Shown piece by piece: positions 7,398 to 17,640 of a DNA stretch of 64,000 bases (position 1 is its first letter; the number at the start of each line of letters is the position of its first letter). The stretch is from a candidate division TM6 bacterium GW2011_GWF2_28_16 (GTDB taxonomy: Bacteria; Patescibacteriota; Microgenomatia; UBA1400; PJMF01). A program made the translations under genes and the position numbers. The DNA is taken from the NCBI GenBank assembly GCA_001029715.1, contig CP011212.1, positions 398,936-462,935 of the forward strand, given 5' to 3'. The notes under the pieces are model-generated. The model saw nothing but the letters and a program-made list of their open reading frames with translations. It did no database searches and was not told the DNA's origin.

Positions 7398-8834
7398 ATG
7401 ACTCAAGTTCGTACCAGAATGGCCCCTAGTCCTACCGGAGAAATGCATGTCGGTAGTATGGCTACTTTACTTAAAAACTACGCTTTTGCTAAAAAGTATG
7501 GTGGACAATTTATTTTACGCATTGAAGATACTGACAAGGTAAGAGAGGTTGAGGGCGGTGTAGCTGCTATTCAAGAAATTATTCACAGATATGGTTTAGA
7601 TTGGGATGAAGGTCCAGGTAAAGGTGGCGAATTTGGTCCTTATATTCAGTCAGAGAGATTGGGTATCTATAAAGAAAAAGTACAAGATTTGTTAGAGAAA
7701 GATAAAGCTTACTACTGTTTTTGTTCTAAAGAACGTTTAGCGAGTGTTAAAGAAGAGCAGATGGCTAATAAACAGGCGCCTCATTACGATCGCCATTGCA
7801 GAAGTCTTTCCAAAGAAGATGCTCAAAAAAGAGTGGCGGCTGGCGAAGAGTACGTGATTCGTTTGAAAGTTCCTGAAGATCAGGAAATTAGTTTTACTGA
7901 CTTATTGCGTGGCGAGATCACTTTCAATTCAAATTTAATTGACGACCAAGTTTTGTTGAAGTCAGATGGTTATCCAACCTATCACTTGGCAGTGGTAATT
8001 GATGATAATTTAATGAAAATTAGCCATATTATGCGCGGTGAAGAATGGATTAGTTCTACCCCAAAGCACGTTTTGCTTTATCAAGCTTTTGGTTGGAGCG
8101 TCCCTGTTTTTGCTCATATTCCATTGTTTTTAAACCCTGATGGTAAAGGCAAAATGAGCAAACGCAAGGGTACAGTTTCTGCAGCTTCTTTTTTGGAGAA
8201 AGGTTATCTCCCAGAAGCAATGTTGAACTTTTTTATGATTCTCGGTTGGGCTAAAAAAGATCAAGAAGAAATTATTAGTCTCGATGAATATATTCAAGAA
8301 TTTGAGCCAAGTGATTTAAGCAGTAATAGTGTTGCTTTTGATCTTAAAAAATTAGATTGGCTCAATGGAGTCTATATTCGTAAATTAAGTTTTGGACAAC
8401 TTAAAGAAAAGATCAAGCCTTTTATAGCTCGAGAATTCCCTGCAGAGAAAATTGATCAAGTTTTACCCTTAATTCAAGAGCGTTTGGTGACTTTGGCAGA
8501 TTTTAATCAGCTAACTAAGTTTTTCTATTCTAAAATTAATTATGAAGCAGATTTGTTGCTTAAAAAGGCTGATTCAAAAGAATTAGTTGTAGAAGAGCTA
8601 AAACAGACGATTGAACTTTTAGAATCTTTATCAATTTGGTCGCTTCACAATTTAGAAGAAGGAATCAGAGGATTGCAAGAAAAAAAAGATTGGCATAGAG
8701 GTCAATTTTTCATGATGTTACGTATTGCTGTAACTGGTGAGAAAGCTACTCCGCCTCTTTTTGAAACAATGATGGTAATAGGTAAAGAATTAGTTATCTT
8801 TCGCTTGAAAGAAGCAATTAATAAGTTAGCTTAA
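7398..8834 (+). CDS. gltX: Glutamyl-tRNA synthetase
   Basis: Class I motifs: RMAPSPTGEMHVG (HIGH-type) and KMSKRKG (KMSKS). Confidence 0.9.
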   Translation: MTQVRTRMAPSPTGEMHVGSMATLLKNYAFAKKYGGQFILRIEDTDKVREVEGGVAAIQEIIHRYGLDWDEGPGKGGEFGPYIQSERLGIYKEKVQDLLEKDKAYYCFCSKERLASVKEEQMANKQAPHYDRHCRSLSKEDAQKRVAAGEEYVIRLKVPEDQEISFTDLLRGEITFNSNLIDDQVLLKSDGYPTYHLAVVIDDNLMKISHIMRGEEWISSTPKHVLLYQAFGWSVPVFAHIPLFLNPDGKGKMSKRKGTVSAASFLEKGYLPEAMLNFFMILGWAKKDQEEIISLDEYIQEFEPSDLSSNSVAFDLKKLDWLNGVYIRKLSFGQLKEKIKPFIAREFPAEKIDQVLPLIQERLVTLADFNQLTKFFYSKINYEADLLLKKADSKELVVEELKQTIELLESLSIWSLHNLEEGIRGLQEKKDWHRGQFFMMLRIAVTGEKATPPLFETMMVIGKELVIFRLKEAINKLA

Positions 8835-8838
8835 AGAT

Positions 8839-9651
8839 ATGACTGCCCAAACCAAATCACAGCAAATTCTAGCAAGCTTAGCTATGGCAGGACAGGTTGC
8901 TATGACCAGTCCTGTGCTTAGTGCCAATCAGGACAATCAAGTTTTAGACGAAAAATCTCGTCAAGTAGCTTTAGACATCTCAAAGCAGGAGCATCAAGAA
9001 ATTATTGCCAAACTGAGTTCTTATGTTAATTCTCCAGCTGGTCATTTAGAAAGAGAAACAGAACTTTATCTAGAACAGCAACTCTCAGAAATTTTAGGTT
9101 TTAAGGTAAGAACGGAACTCGATGGCAAAAGACTTAATCATAGCATTGGAATTATGGGTTCAGAACAACACTTATTGCGTTTTCCAGGTGATGAGCTTAA
9201 AGATCATGATGCTTATACTGAAGCGGGAATTGCTCCAAACAGAGGAGCTTTTGGTTGGTTTACAGACAATGGTCAGCTGACCGAAGAATCCATCCAAAGA
9301 GAAAAATATTATTTTGTAGCTCAATTAATGTACATGGAAGATTGGAGCGAAAATTATCAGGAATTAAAGCCGTGGTATAAATTTCGCAAAATGATCGTGA
9401 TTAATCCAGCCGAGCAGATTGCAGTAGTAGGAGTGGTGGCAGATGCTGGTCCAGCCATGTGGGTGAAGAAGCAATTCGGTGGTTCTCCAGAGGTAATTCG
9501 TGAAGGTAAAATTTGGAGCCCCAATAGCAAGGGTAAAGTTATGTTGCTTTTTGTTGATGATGAAGAAAATAAAATTCCCCTTGGTCCAATTTCTTTGGAT
9601 TTCGCTACTGCCTTGGCTCATAATAAGGAAATTTCTCAAAAAACCATATGA
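8839..9651 (+). CDS. Hypothetical protein (270 aa)
   Basis: ORF track; tightly packed between gltX and ybeY (4-nt overlap with ybeY). No motif recognised. Confidence 0.5.
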   Translation: MTAQTKSQQILASLAMAGQVAMTSPVLSANQDNQVLDEKSRQVALDISKQEHQEIIAKLSSYVNSPAGHLERETELYLEQQLSEILGFKVRTELDGKRLNHSIGIMGSEQHLLRFPGDELKDHDAYTEAGIAPNRGAFGWFTDNGQLTEESIQREKYYFVAQLMYMEDWSENYQELKPWYKFRKMIVINPAEQIAVVGVVADAGPAMWVKKQFGGSPEVIREGKIWSPNSKGKVMLLFVDDEENKIPLGPISLDFATALAHNKEISQKTI

Positions 9652-10043
9652 TTAAAGTAAATCTTTTTGTTGGTTCTCGCTATCCTGTTAATCGACATAA
9701 AATTAAAGAAACTGTAGAAAAAATTTTGATTGAGCACAACATAAGCAGTGCTCAAGTTGACGTTTCAATTGTAGGAGCCAGAAAAATTACTACTTTAAAT
9801 GAGAAATACTTAAAACATCAGGGTCCAACAGATGTTTTATCTTTTCCACAACACGATAAAGGACAATTGGAAGACGTTCCCATGCCAGAAGGAGAAGTAG
9901 TTCATTTGGGAGATATAGTAATTAGTTTTCCAGAAGCAGTCAGAATGGCCAAAAGATTTGGTAAGATGGTTGACCAGCAAATTTGTTTTTATTTAGAACA
10001 CGCCTTATTACACCTGCTCGGTTACCATCATGACGATCATTAG
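9648..10043 (+). CDS. ybeY: rRNA maturation endoribonuclease YbeY
   Basis: C-terminal metal-binding motif EHALLHLLGYHHDDH, matching the H..H..LHL.GYDH signature of UPF0054/YbeY. Confidence 0.75.
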   Translation: MIKVNLFVGSRYPVNRHKIKETVEKILIEHNISSAQVDVSIVGARKITTLNEKYLKHQGPTDVLSFPQHDKGQLEDVPMPEGEVVHLGDIVISFPEAVRMAKRFGKMVDQQICFYLEHALLHLLGYHHDDH

Positions 10044-10083
10044 AAGTTGATTCAAATTTATTAATTTATGTTAGACTCTAACT

Positions 10084-11604
10084 ATGGCTTGGTATCGTTC
10101 TTATCGTCCTAAAAAAATTCAAGATCTAAACATTAGCTCTGTTAGAGAATCTCTAGAGAGAATGATGGCGGCTGGGAAAATTCCTCAATCTTTGTTATTT
10201 GCCGGCCCAAAGGGCACGGGTAAAACTTCTGCCTCACGTATTTTAGGTGCCATGCTCAATGATCCAGCCAATGCTGATTTAGTTGATTATCTTTTTTTCA
10301 AAAAAGTTGCTCCTAAAAAGTTGGCTTTTGTAGAGCCAAATGAAGAAAGTGAGTTTGCTAAAAGAGTTTATGATGGACACTCTTTTGTTGTTCAGGAATT
10401 AGATGCAGCTTCTAATCGTCGTATTGATGATATTCGTTTGCTTAGAGAAAGAATCAATTTGCCTCCTAGTGATGGCAAAATGATGGTTTATATCTTAGAC
10501 GAAGTTCACATGTTAACCAATGAAGCTTTTAATGCTTTGTTGAAAATTCTTGAGGAACCACCAGCTCACGTGGTTTTTATTCTAGCCACTACAGAATTAC
10601 ATAAAATCCCAGCAACAATTGTTTCTCGTTGCAGTCTAATTAATTTCAGAAAAGCTAGCGGTAAAGAGCTAAAAGAGGCTTTAGAGCGAGTTCTGAAAGC
10701 AGAAAAAATAAAATTTGCTGATGAGGATCTAGAGAAAATCTCTCTCAGAGCTGATGGTAGTTTTAGAGATGGAGTTAAAATTTTAGAGATGGCTTGTAAA
10801 GATGGTAAATTAGATTTAGAAAGTATCAAAGATCTTCTTGCTAGTGATAATGAGTCTCACATTAAAAATTTACTTGAAGCAGTTGTGCAAAAAGATGAGC
10901 AGGAGTTGTTAAAAATTTTTGGGGAATTACGCGATAATAATTGCAACCAACGAGATTTTTACAAAGATCTTTTTGAGTTTTTACATAAAGATTTATTAAT
11001 GAATTTAGGAGTTATTGATGGAGTAGCTCATTATTCTATTAAAATTGATCAATTTTTTCTTAAGGAAGTTTTATCTCTCGATCTAAATCAAGATACACCC
11101 ATTCCTTTCTTAGTTTTAGAATTAAAACTCTTAGACATTATTGAGCGTTCTAAGAAAAATACTCCAAATTTGCCACCTAAAAATCCACCAACTAATTCAG
11201 GCTCAGAAAAAAAAACTGAAAAAATTGAGTTGAAAACCAAAGAGAACAAAAAAGAACCAGCAGACTCCAAAAAAAAAATTCAAAAAACTGATCTAGTTGG
11301 GCAAGATCTTTGGCAAAAATTAATAGAAACCTTTTCTGCAGATAATTTTTCTTTACTCACCCTTCTTAAATCTTGTAAGCTAGACACTATAAGCGAAGAG
11401 CTAGCTAGAATCTTTGTTTATTATCCTTTTCATAAAGAACAACTGGAGCAAATTAAAAATAAAGAATTGTTAAATAAAGCTGCTAGAGAAGTCCTAGGAC
11501 TCGATATGCAGTTTGACTTTGTTTTGCAAAATGAAACAGTGGTAGCCAGCAATCAGATTCAGGATTCAGAATTAATGCTTGCAGCTAAGGATTCTTTGTT
11601 ATAA
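10084..11604 (+). CDS. dnaX: DNA polymerase III subunit gamma/tau
   Basis: AAA+ clamp-loader motifs: Walker A GPKGTGKTS, box ILDEVHMLT, sensor 2 ATTELHKIPATIVSRC. Followed by ybaB as in many bacteria. Confidence 0.85.
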   Translation: MAWYRSYRPKKIQDLNISSVRESLERMMAAGKIPQSLLFAGPKGTGKTSASRILGAMLNDPANADLVDYLFFKKVAPKKLAFVEPNEESEFAKRVYDGHSFVVQELDAASNRRIDDIRLLRERINLPPSDGKMMVYILDEVHMLTNEAFNALLKILEEPPAHVVFILATTELHKIPATIVSRCSLINFRKASGKELKEALERVLKAEKIKFADEDLEKISLRADGSFRDGVKILEMACKDGKLDLESIKDLLASDNESHIKNLLEAVVQKDEQELLKIFGELRDNNCNQRDFYKDLFEFLHKDLLMNLGVIDGVAHYSIKIDQFFLKEVLSLDLNQDTPIPFLVLELKLLDIIERSKKNTPNLPPKNPPTNSGSEKKTEKIELKTKENKKEPADSKKKIQKTDLVGQDLWQKLIETFSADNFSLLTLLKSCKLDTISEELARIFVYYPFHKEQLEQIKNKELLNKAAREVLGLDMQFDFVLQNETVVASNQIQDSELMLAAKDSLL

Positions 11605-11740
11605 TCAGGGTTAGTTTTGAGTGCTAACTTTATAAATTAAAAAAGAAAGGAATAATTTAATTTTTGATGCATTACATTACCCGAGTAAACGTCTTTACTC
11701 GAGAGATGCTGAGGAAAAAATTATATTATTACGTAATAGT

Positions 11741-12022
11741 ATGGCAGGAAATTTCATGAACCAATTGGGAGATTTAAATAAATTGCGTAAGCAAGCTAAG
11801 CAAATGCAGCAAGAATTGGCAGCTGAAGAGATCACTGTTGAGCGTGGTGACATCGTAGTTAAAATTACTGGGGGTCAGGAAGTCAAAGACATCTCTGTCC
11901 AAGGTATTCATAGCGATGAATTAGTCAAAACTTTAAATGAAGCAATTAAAAAATCTCAAGAGGTAGCAGCCAAGAAACTTCAAAGTATGACGGGTGGTTT
12001 AGGCTCTCTGATGGGCAAATAA
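11741..12022 (+). CDS. ybaB: Nucleoid-associated protein YbaB/EbfC
   Basis: 93 aa; N-terminal MNQLGDLNKLRKQAKQMQQEL signature; conserved dnaX-ybaB synteny. Confidence 0.8.
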   Translation: MAGNFMNQLGDLNKLRKQAKQMQQELAAEEITVERGDIVVKITGGQEVKDISVQGIHSDELVKTLNEAIKKSQEVAAKKLQSMTGGLGSLMGK

Positions 12023-12028
12023 GTTTCA

Positions 12029-12667
12029 GTGATGAATATATTTATTGCTAGTGCTAATGACGGCAAAATTAAAGAAATTAAAGCAATTCTTGCTAATAAT
12101 TCTCTCAATTTACTCAGTATTTTAGATACAGAGCAATTAAATAGGTTGGGCTTATCAATCGATCAAGATTTTGATGTTATTGAAGACGGTAAAACTTTCC
12201 AGGATAACGCTCTTCTTAAGGCTAAAGCCTATGCTGATCTAACCAAGATGCCTGTTATTGCTGATGATTCTGGTTTAGAGGTAGAGGTTTTGGATGGATT
12301 TCCTTCAGTTAACTCCAATCGTTGGTTTGATGGTACAGTCGGTGAAAGAAACCTAGCTTTATTAGATTTACTTAAAGATAAAAAGAATCGCCAAGCCAGA
12401 TTTTATAGCGTAATTTGTTATTTTGATCCGGCTAATAACGAAGCAAATTTTTTTGATGGAGAAATTAAAGGGCAAATAGCTCTTGAGCCAAAAGGTAGTA
12501 AGATTGAAGGTTTTGGTTACGATCCGATCTTTATTCCAGAAGGTTTTGACAAAAGTTTTGCAGAACTAGGCGCAGAGTTTAAAAACACCATTTCTCATCG
12601 CAGAAAAGCTTTGGCTAAGCTAAACCGATATGTTCTTCAAGATAAACATCTTGAACAGCCTGAATAA
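12029..12667 (+). CDS. rdgB: Non-canonical purine NTP pyrophosphatase (RdgB/HAM1)
   Basis: Ham1 fold signatures: IASANDGKIKE, FGYDPIFIPEGFDKSFAEL, TISHRRKAL. Confidence 0.8.
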   Translation: MMNIFIASANDGKIKEIKAILANNSLNLLSILDTEQLNRLGLSIDQDFDVIEDGKTFQDNALLKAKAYADLTKMPVIADDSGLEVEVLDGFPSVNSNRWFDGTVGERNLALLDLLKDKKNRQARFYSVICYFDPANNEANFFDGEIKGQIALEPKGSKIEGFGYDPIFIPEGFDKSFAELGAEFKNTISHRRKALAKLNRYVLQDKHLEQPE

Positions 12668-13685
12668 TCTTGATGCCTTCTTCCATTGGTCTTTTAAAAG
12701 CTTTGCGACCCATGATTAATCCAGCTCCACCAGCTCTTTTATTAATCACGGCCGTTTTGACAGCTGCTTTAAGGTCTTTTTCTAAATCTCCATCTTCGCT
12801 ACTTTCACCACCTGAATTAATCAAACTAATTTTACCGGCATAGCAGTTCATAACTTGTAAGCGTACCATGTCGATTGGATTTTCTGTGCTTAGAGCCTCA
12901 TACATTTCTTTGCTTTGTTTACCAAATTTAAATTTGCGAAAACCACCGTCAATATCTGGCATTTTTTGTTTAATGATATCTGCTTCAATAGTTACTCCAA
13001 GACGATTAGCATAAGAAGTGATATCAGCAGCATTTTCGTAATTGCCATCTTTATCTTCCCAAGCTGAATTTCGAGGGTAGCACCAAAGTATAGTAGCTAA
13101 ACCTAATTGATGAGCTTCATAGAAAGCTTTGGAAATTTCTACTATTTGGCGATTGGATTCCTTAGAACCAAAATATATGGTCGCTCCAATCGCCACAGCT
13201 CCCATGTCATAAGCCTGTTTAACTTGGGCAAATAAGACTTGATCCCATTTATTTGGATAAGTTAAGAGTTCATTGTGGTTAATTTTGACGATGAAAGGAA
13301 TTTTGTCAGCATATTTTTTACTGACTAGCCCTAAAGCTCCTAAAGTAGAAGCAACGCCATTACATTCGGCTTCCATGGCAAGTTTAACTACGTTCTCTGG
13401 ATCAAAATAAATAGGGTTTTTATAAAAAGAATAAGAAGCATTGTGCTCAATATCTTGATCAACCGGTAGAATAGATAAATATCCTGTATTAGTTAGACGA
13501 CCATGTCCATAAAGTCGCTCAAGATTGCGAATTACTTTTTCATTACGATCGGAATTAGCAAAAACGTTTTGTACATGATTACTTTTAGGGAATTCAATTA
13601 ATTCCTTTGGCAATAATTGGCACTGATGAGCCATAAGATAGCGTGCTTCACTACCAAGTAAATCAATTATATCTTGATAAATCAT
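12615..13685 (-). CDS. fbaB: Class I fructose-bisphosphate aldolase (FbaB/DhnA type)
   Basis: 356 aa, collinear with E. coli FbaB over its full length, with long identical blocks (TGYLSILPVDQ, NPIYFDPENVV, IPFIVKINHNE, GAVAIGATIYFGS, ADIIKQKM, TAVINKRAGG.GLI.GRKAFKR). Confidence 0.85.
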   Translation of the reverse strand: MIYQDIIDLLGSEARYLMAHQCQLLPKELIEFPKSNHVQNVFANSDRNEKVIRNLERLYGHGRLTNTGYLSILPVDQDIEHNASYSFYKNPIYFDPENVVKLAMEAECNGVASTLGALGLVSKKYADKIPFIVKINHNELLTYPNKWDQVLFAQVKQAYDMGAVAIGATIYFGSKESNRQIVEISKAFYEAHQLGLATILWCYPRNSAWEDKDGNYENAADITSYANRLGVTIEADIIKQKMPDIDGGFRKFKFGKQSKEMYEALSTENPIDMVRLQVMNCYAGKISLINSGGESSEDGDLEKDLKAAVKTAVINKRAGGAGLIMGRKAFKRPMEEGIKIIQAVQDVYLEEHIGLA

Positions 13686-14203
13686 TTTTTCTTAGCTTTA
13701 CTTTTATTTTTGCTAATTATTTTAGCCACAGCATATTCAGATTTTACTTCATAAAGAACATAGAAGCTTATTAAGAGACTAAACAATAAGCCAAAGAGTC
13801 CGTTTCTAAAGAAGATGACACTAACTAAGTTCATAACCAACTCTAAGATGCTTAGGCAGAATAGAATGTACCAACCTTCAATCTTTCTATTCATAAGTGG
13901 TTTGTAGGCCATCAAAGAAATTGCGCCAGCTAAAATTTGAAGTAGACCTGTTATATAAAAATAAACAGAAGGAACAGTTCTCCACAAATTAAATATACGG
14001 TGAAAATCTTCTGCGCCAAAAATACTACGCAAACCGCCAGTAATCATAAATAAACCGGAAACAAGAACTAGATATGGAGCAATTTTTACTAAAATCTCCG
14101 TGGCTTTTTTAGGTAAATGGGGTACGCCACTGAAGACTTTTTCTAGCTCTCTGTCAAGCTTTTTAACTAATGGATGGGAGAAAAGAGATAAAATTTTCTG
14201 CAT
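13682..14203 (-). CDS. Hypothetical membrane protein (173 aa, ~4 TM)
   Basis: ORF track; hydrophobic profile; 4-nt overlap with fbaB. Confidence 0.45.
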   Translation of the reverse strand: MQKILSLFSHPLVKKLDRELEKVFSGVPHLPKKATEILVKIAPYLVLVSGLFMITGGLRSIFGAEDFHRIFNLWRTVPSVYFYITGLLQILAGAISLMAYKPLMNRKIEGWYILFCLSILELVMNLVSVIFFRNGLFGLLFSLLISFYVLYEVKSEYAVAKIISKNKSKAKKK

Positions 14204-14240
14204 GATTTCATATTAGCATAAATGTTAAGATGAATGCACG

Positions 14241-16760
14241 ATGAAAGAATCATTTCACAGCCTATCTATCAAAGAAAGCTTAGAAGCTCTAAATACTAAT
14301 CAAGAAGGATTAAGTGAAAATGAAGCTCTTTCCAGATTGGAAAAATATGGCAAGAATCGTCTTAAACAAACGAGCCAGTTTTTGGTTTTCAAAATCATTG
14401 CCAATCAATTTAAAAGTTTGCTGATTTTTATTTTAATTGCAGCAATGATTCTATCTATTCTCTTAAAAGAGAATATTGATGCTTTGGCGATTTTTGTAGT
14501 AATAATTCTAAATGCGATCCTTGGTTTTGTTGAAGAATACAAAGCTGAAAAATCTATTAATGAACTAAGGAAAATGGAGACTTTGAAGGCAGTGGTTTTG
14601 CGTGATGGTGTTGAGAAATATATTAATGCAGACTTTTTGGTTAAAGGTGATGTGATTCTCTTAGGTGAGGGTGAAAAAATTCCAGCAGATTGTAGAATTT
14701 TGGAAAATTTGTCTTTGGAAACAGATGAGTCAATGTTAACTGGAGAGTCAATGCCAGTGCTCAAAGTTTCTAATAAGTTATCTGAGAATCTTAGCATTCA
14801 AGATAGAAAAAACATTCTTTATTCTTCCTGTCTAATTACTAAAGGTAAAGCTAAAGCAGTGGTAATTGAAACAGGGATGAATACACAAATAGGTCAAATT
14901 GCCACACAAATTCAGGATGTGAAGGAAGAGCTAACTCCTCTACAAAAAACCCTTGATGAATTAGGTAAAAAAATTGCTATTTTAGCTATTCTTTTATCCA
15001 TTCCTGTTTTATTAATAGTTTGGTTTAAAGGTGGAGATCTTTTTGAAACTTTAATGATGGGTGTTTCTTTAGCAGTCTCCAGTATTCCTGAGGGTTTGCC
15101 AATTGTAGTTACAGTAGCTTTAGCGCTAGGTGTTAAAAGAATGGCCAAATCAAATGTTTTAACTAAAAAACTGCCTGCCGTTGAATCTTTGGGGGGAATT
15201 GACGTTATTTGTTCTGACAAAACTGGCACAATCACTAAAAATCAAATGGAAGTAATTGATCTTTTCATGTTAGATTTTTCAGCTAGCGATATTGCTCTCG
15301 AAGCAGTTTTATGTAGTGATGCTAAGGCTGACCACGGGGATCCGACGGAGCGGGCTTTGCTTAACTTTTTGAAGAAATATCAAGATCAAAATGAAAGTCT
15401 TGAAACTTATAAAAGAATCGCTGAAGTACCTTTTTCTAGTGAATATAAATATATGGCAGTAGCAGTAGAGAGTGATAGTAAAAGTAAAGAAATAATTAAA
15501 GGCGCACCAGAAATTGTTTTGGAGTTTTGCAATCTCAGCGATGAAGATAAAGAAAAAATTTTAAAAGCTAATGAAGACTTTACTAAAAATGGCTTGAGAG
15601 TTTTAGCTGTGGTTTCAAAATCAGTTACTAAGCAAAAGAATTTGTTTTCTTTAGAGAACTATAATTTTTCTGGTCTTTTAGCACTCCAAGATCCTCCAAG
15701 AGAACAAGTGGCAGCTTCGATTATGAAATGTCAGAAAGCAGGGGTGAGGGTCATTATGATTACAGGAGATCATAAAAATACAGCTATAACCGTGGCAAAG
15801 GAAGTTGGAATAAATGCAGAAATAGCCTACACAGGTTTAGAGCTAGACAAATTAAATCGTCGAGAGTTAATTGAGGTGCTTAAAAAATGTTCTGTTTTTG
15901 CTAGAGTCTCTCCACAAAACAAAGTACAAATTTTAGAAGCTCTACAAGGCCAGGGATTGCAGGTAGCAATGACTGGAGATGGGGTTAATGATGCTCCAGC
16001 TCTTAAAAAAGCCGATGTGGGCATTGCTGTTGGTTCAGGAACTGCTTTAAGTAAGGATGTGGCTGATGTAATTTTACTTAGTGATGATTTTACTAATATT
16101 GTAGATGGCATCGAAGAGGGACGTCATATTTTCTTTAATATCAAGAAATTTGTTAGGTTCTTACTTAGCGCAAACTTTGATGAAATTCTCTGCGTAGGAG
16201 CCTCAATCTTTATGGGTCTTCCATTGCCATTTATCCCAATTCAGATTCTTTGGCTCAATTTAGTAACTGATTCTTTTCCAGCTTTAGCTTTAAGTAATGA
16301 TGTGGGAGATCCATCTTTGATGGATAAAAAGCCTTATGTGGCTAGAAAAGAAGTTCTTCGTGGAGTAATTTCTTATGCATCCATAGCTGGATTTTTTGGC
16401 TTTTTAATTACCTTCTCTACATTCCTATACATGATTTATTTCAGAGAGAGTGGTGAGGTTTATGCTCGCACAATGAGTTTTTCAGCTATGGTTTTCTTTG
16501 AGCTATTTTTAGTTTTTTCTATTAGATCAGAATTGAGTGCTTTTAAGATGGGTATTTTTTCTAATAAATTTTTAATTGTTTCAGTTTTACTGTCTTTTGT
16601 TCTGCAGTTTTTAGCTATTTATAACCCCCTTTTCCAGGGTTTTCTAGGAACCATGAGCATCAGTACAACAGATCTTTTATGGCTCCTAGCTTGGTCCAGT
16701 TTTGGTTTTATTTTTATGGAAATATACAAGAAAATAAAAGTTATTTATTCCAAAAGATAA
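14241..16760 (+). CDS. P-type cation-transporting ATPase (P2-type, Ca2+/Mg2+-like)
   Basis: Phosphorylation site CSDKTGTIT; MITGDH; hinge GDGVNDAPALKKADVGIAVG; ten predicted TM segments. Confidence 0.85.
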   Translation: MKESFHSLSIKESLEALNTNQEGLSENEALSRLEKYGKNRLKQTSQFLVFKIIANQFKSLLIFILIAAMILSILLKENIDALAIFVVIILNAILGFVEEYKAEKSINELRKMETLKAVVLRDGVEKYINADFLVKGDVILLGEGEKIPADCRILENLSLETDESMLTGESMPVLKVSNKLSENLSIQDRKNILYSSCLITKGKAKAVVIETGMNTQIGQIATQIQDVKEELTPLQKTLDELGKKIAILAILLSIPVLLIVWFKGGDLFETLMMGVSLAVSSIPEGLPIVVTVALALGVKRMAKSNVLTKKLPAVESLGGIDVICSDKTGTITKNQMEVIDLFMLDFSASDIALEAVLCSDAKADHGDPTERALLNFLKKYQDQNESLETYKRIAEVPFSSEYKYMAVAVESDSKSKEIIKGAPEIVLEFCNLSDEDKEKILKANEDFTKNGLRVLAVVSKSVTKQKNLFSLENYNFSGLLALQDPPREQVAASIMKCQKAGVRVIMITGDHKNTAITVAKEVGINAEIAYTGLELDKLNRRELIEVLKKCSVFARVSPQNKVQILEALQGQGLQVAMTGDGVNDAPALKKADVGIAVGSGTALSKDVADVILLSDDFTNIVDGIEEGRHIFFNIKKFVRFLLSANFDEILCVGASIFMGLPLPFIPIQILWLNLVTDSFPALALSNDVGDPSLMDKKPYVARKEVLRGVISYASIAGFFGFLITFSTFLYMIYFRESGEVYARTMSFSAMVFFELFLVFSIRSELSAFKMGIFSNKFLIVSVLLSFVLQFLAIYNPLFQGFLGTMSISTTDLLWLLAWSSFGFIFMEIYKKIKVIYSKR

Positions 16761-16767
16761 TCGAGCT

Positions 16768-17640
16768 TTATACTGCAACGGATAATCCGCCTTGGAAGGC
16801 AAGTAATTCTTCTGGGATTTCAGCCTCAGACGAATATTGAGCTCCAGGAATTGCAAGAGATCTGCTTTTTTCGTTTTTACCATCAAGACCAGCTCCTATC
16901 AAAAAATAATTTGCAATTAATAGAAGATAAAAATCTGGACTACTTATTTTTTGATGTTTCTCGTCAACGTCATCTGTGACATTTTTTTCGAGCATATTAA
17001 TAGAGACAAAACTAGTCGCTCCATCCAATAGCGCTCGTTTTTTCATGGCTTCTTGAGTTCGTCCGGTGTCACCAAGATCTTCGAGAGAATAAATTTTTTT
17101 ATCTTTTATTTTAGCTGCGTTCCAAATTTCAAATTTGACCTCTTCACTAAAAGTTGTCTCACCGCTTGAGCTTGTAGCTCTAACTGGCATTGAATTAAGA
17201 CCAGTATCTTCAAGTGAATTTATTTTATCTCCAAATTGTTTTTTTAATAAAATAAGACATTTTTCTTCAAATTTTTCTTTAAACCATTTGGCACCCTCTA
17301 GATTGTAAATAATGAGAGATTGTTCTGCTTTTTGCCTAAACTCTTCAAGAGTTAGATCTTCTTCTCCATCAGATATTTCATTAATAAAGATTTGAATGTA
17401 CCAATTAATTGATTCGTTGAGAATAAATTCTGGAATTAAAGGAGCAAACCATCTGTCTTCGTCAAGAAGTTCTTTAACTTGTTGCTCAATCTTATTTTTT
17501 TCATCATCAGCTAGTTTATGAGGATATTTTCCATTATCTGAAGAATAAGGGGATTTAATTGTTCCCTTCTTTATTTCTAAGTTCAATCTGTTGTTGCTAC
17601 TTTTTTCTTCTTGAGAAGACATAAAGGAATAATATATCAC
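16768..17640 (-). CDS. Hypothetical acidic soluble protein (290 aa)
   Basis: ORF track; no TM and no recognisable motif. Sits 7 nt from the convergent ATPase stop. Confidence 0.5.
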   Translation of the reverse strand: MIYYSFMSSQEEKSSNNRLNLEIKKGTIKSPYSSDNGKYPHKLADDEKNKIEQQVKELLDEDRWFAPLIPEFILNESINWYIQIFINEISDGEEDLTLEEFRQKAEQSLIIYNLEGAKWFKEKFEEKCLILLKKQFGDKINSLEDTGLNSMPVRATSSSGETTFSEEVKFEIWNAAKIKDKKIYSLEDLGDTGRTQEAMKKRALLDGATSFVSINMLEKNVTDDVDEKHQKISSPDFYLLLIANYFLIGAGLDGKNEKSRSLAIPGAQYSSEAEIPEELLAFQGGLSVAV

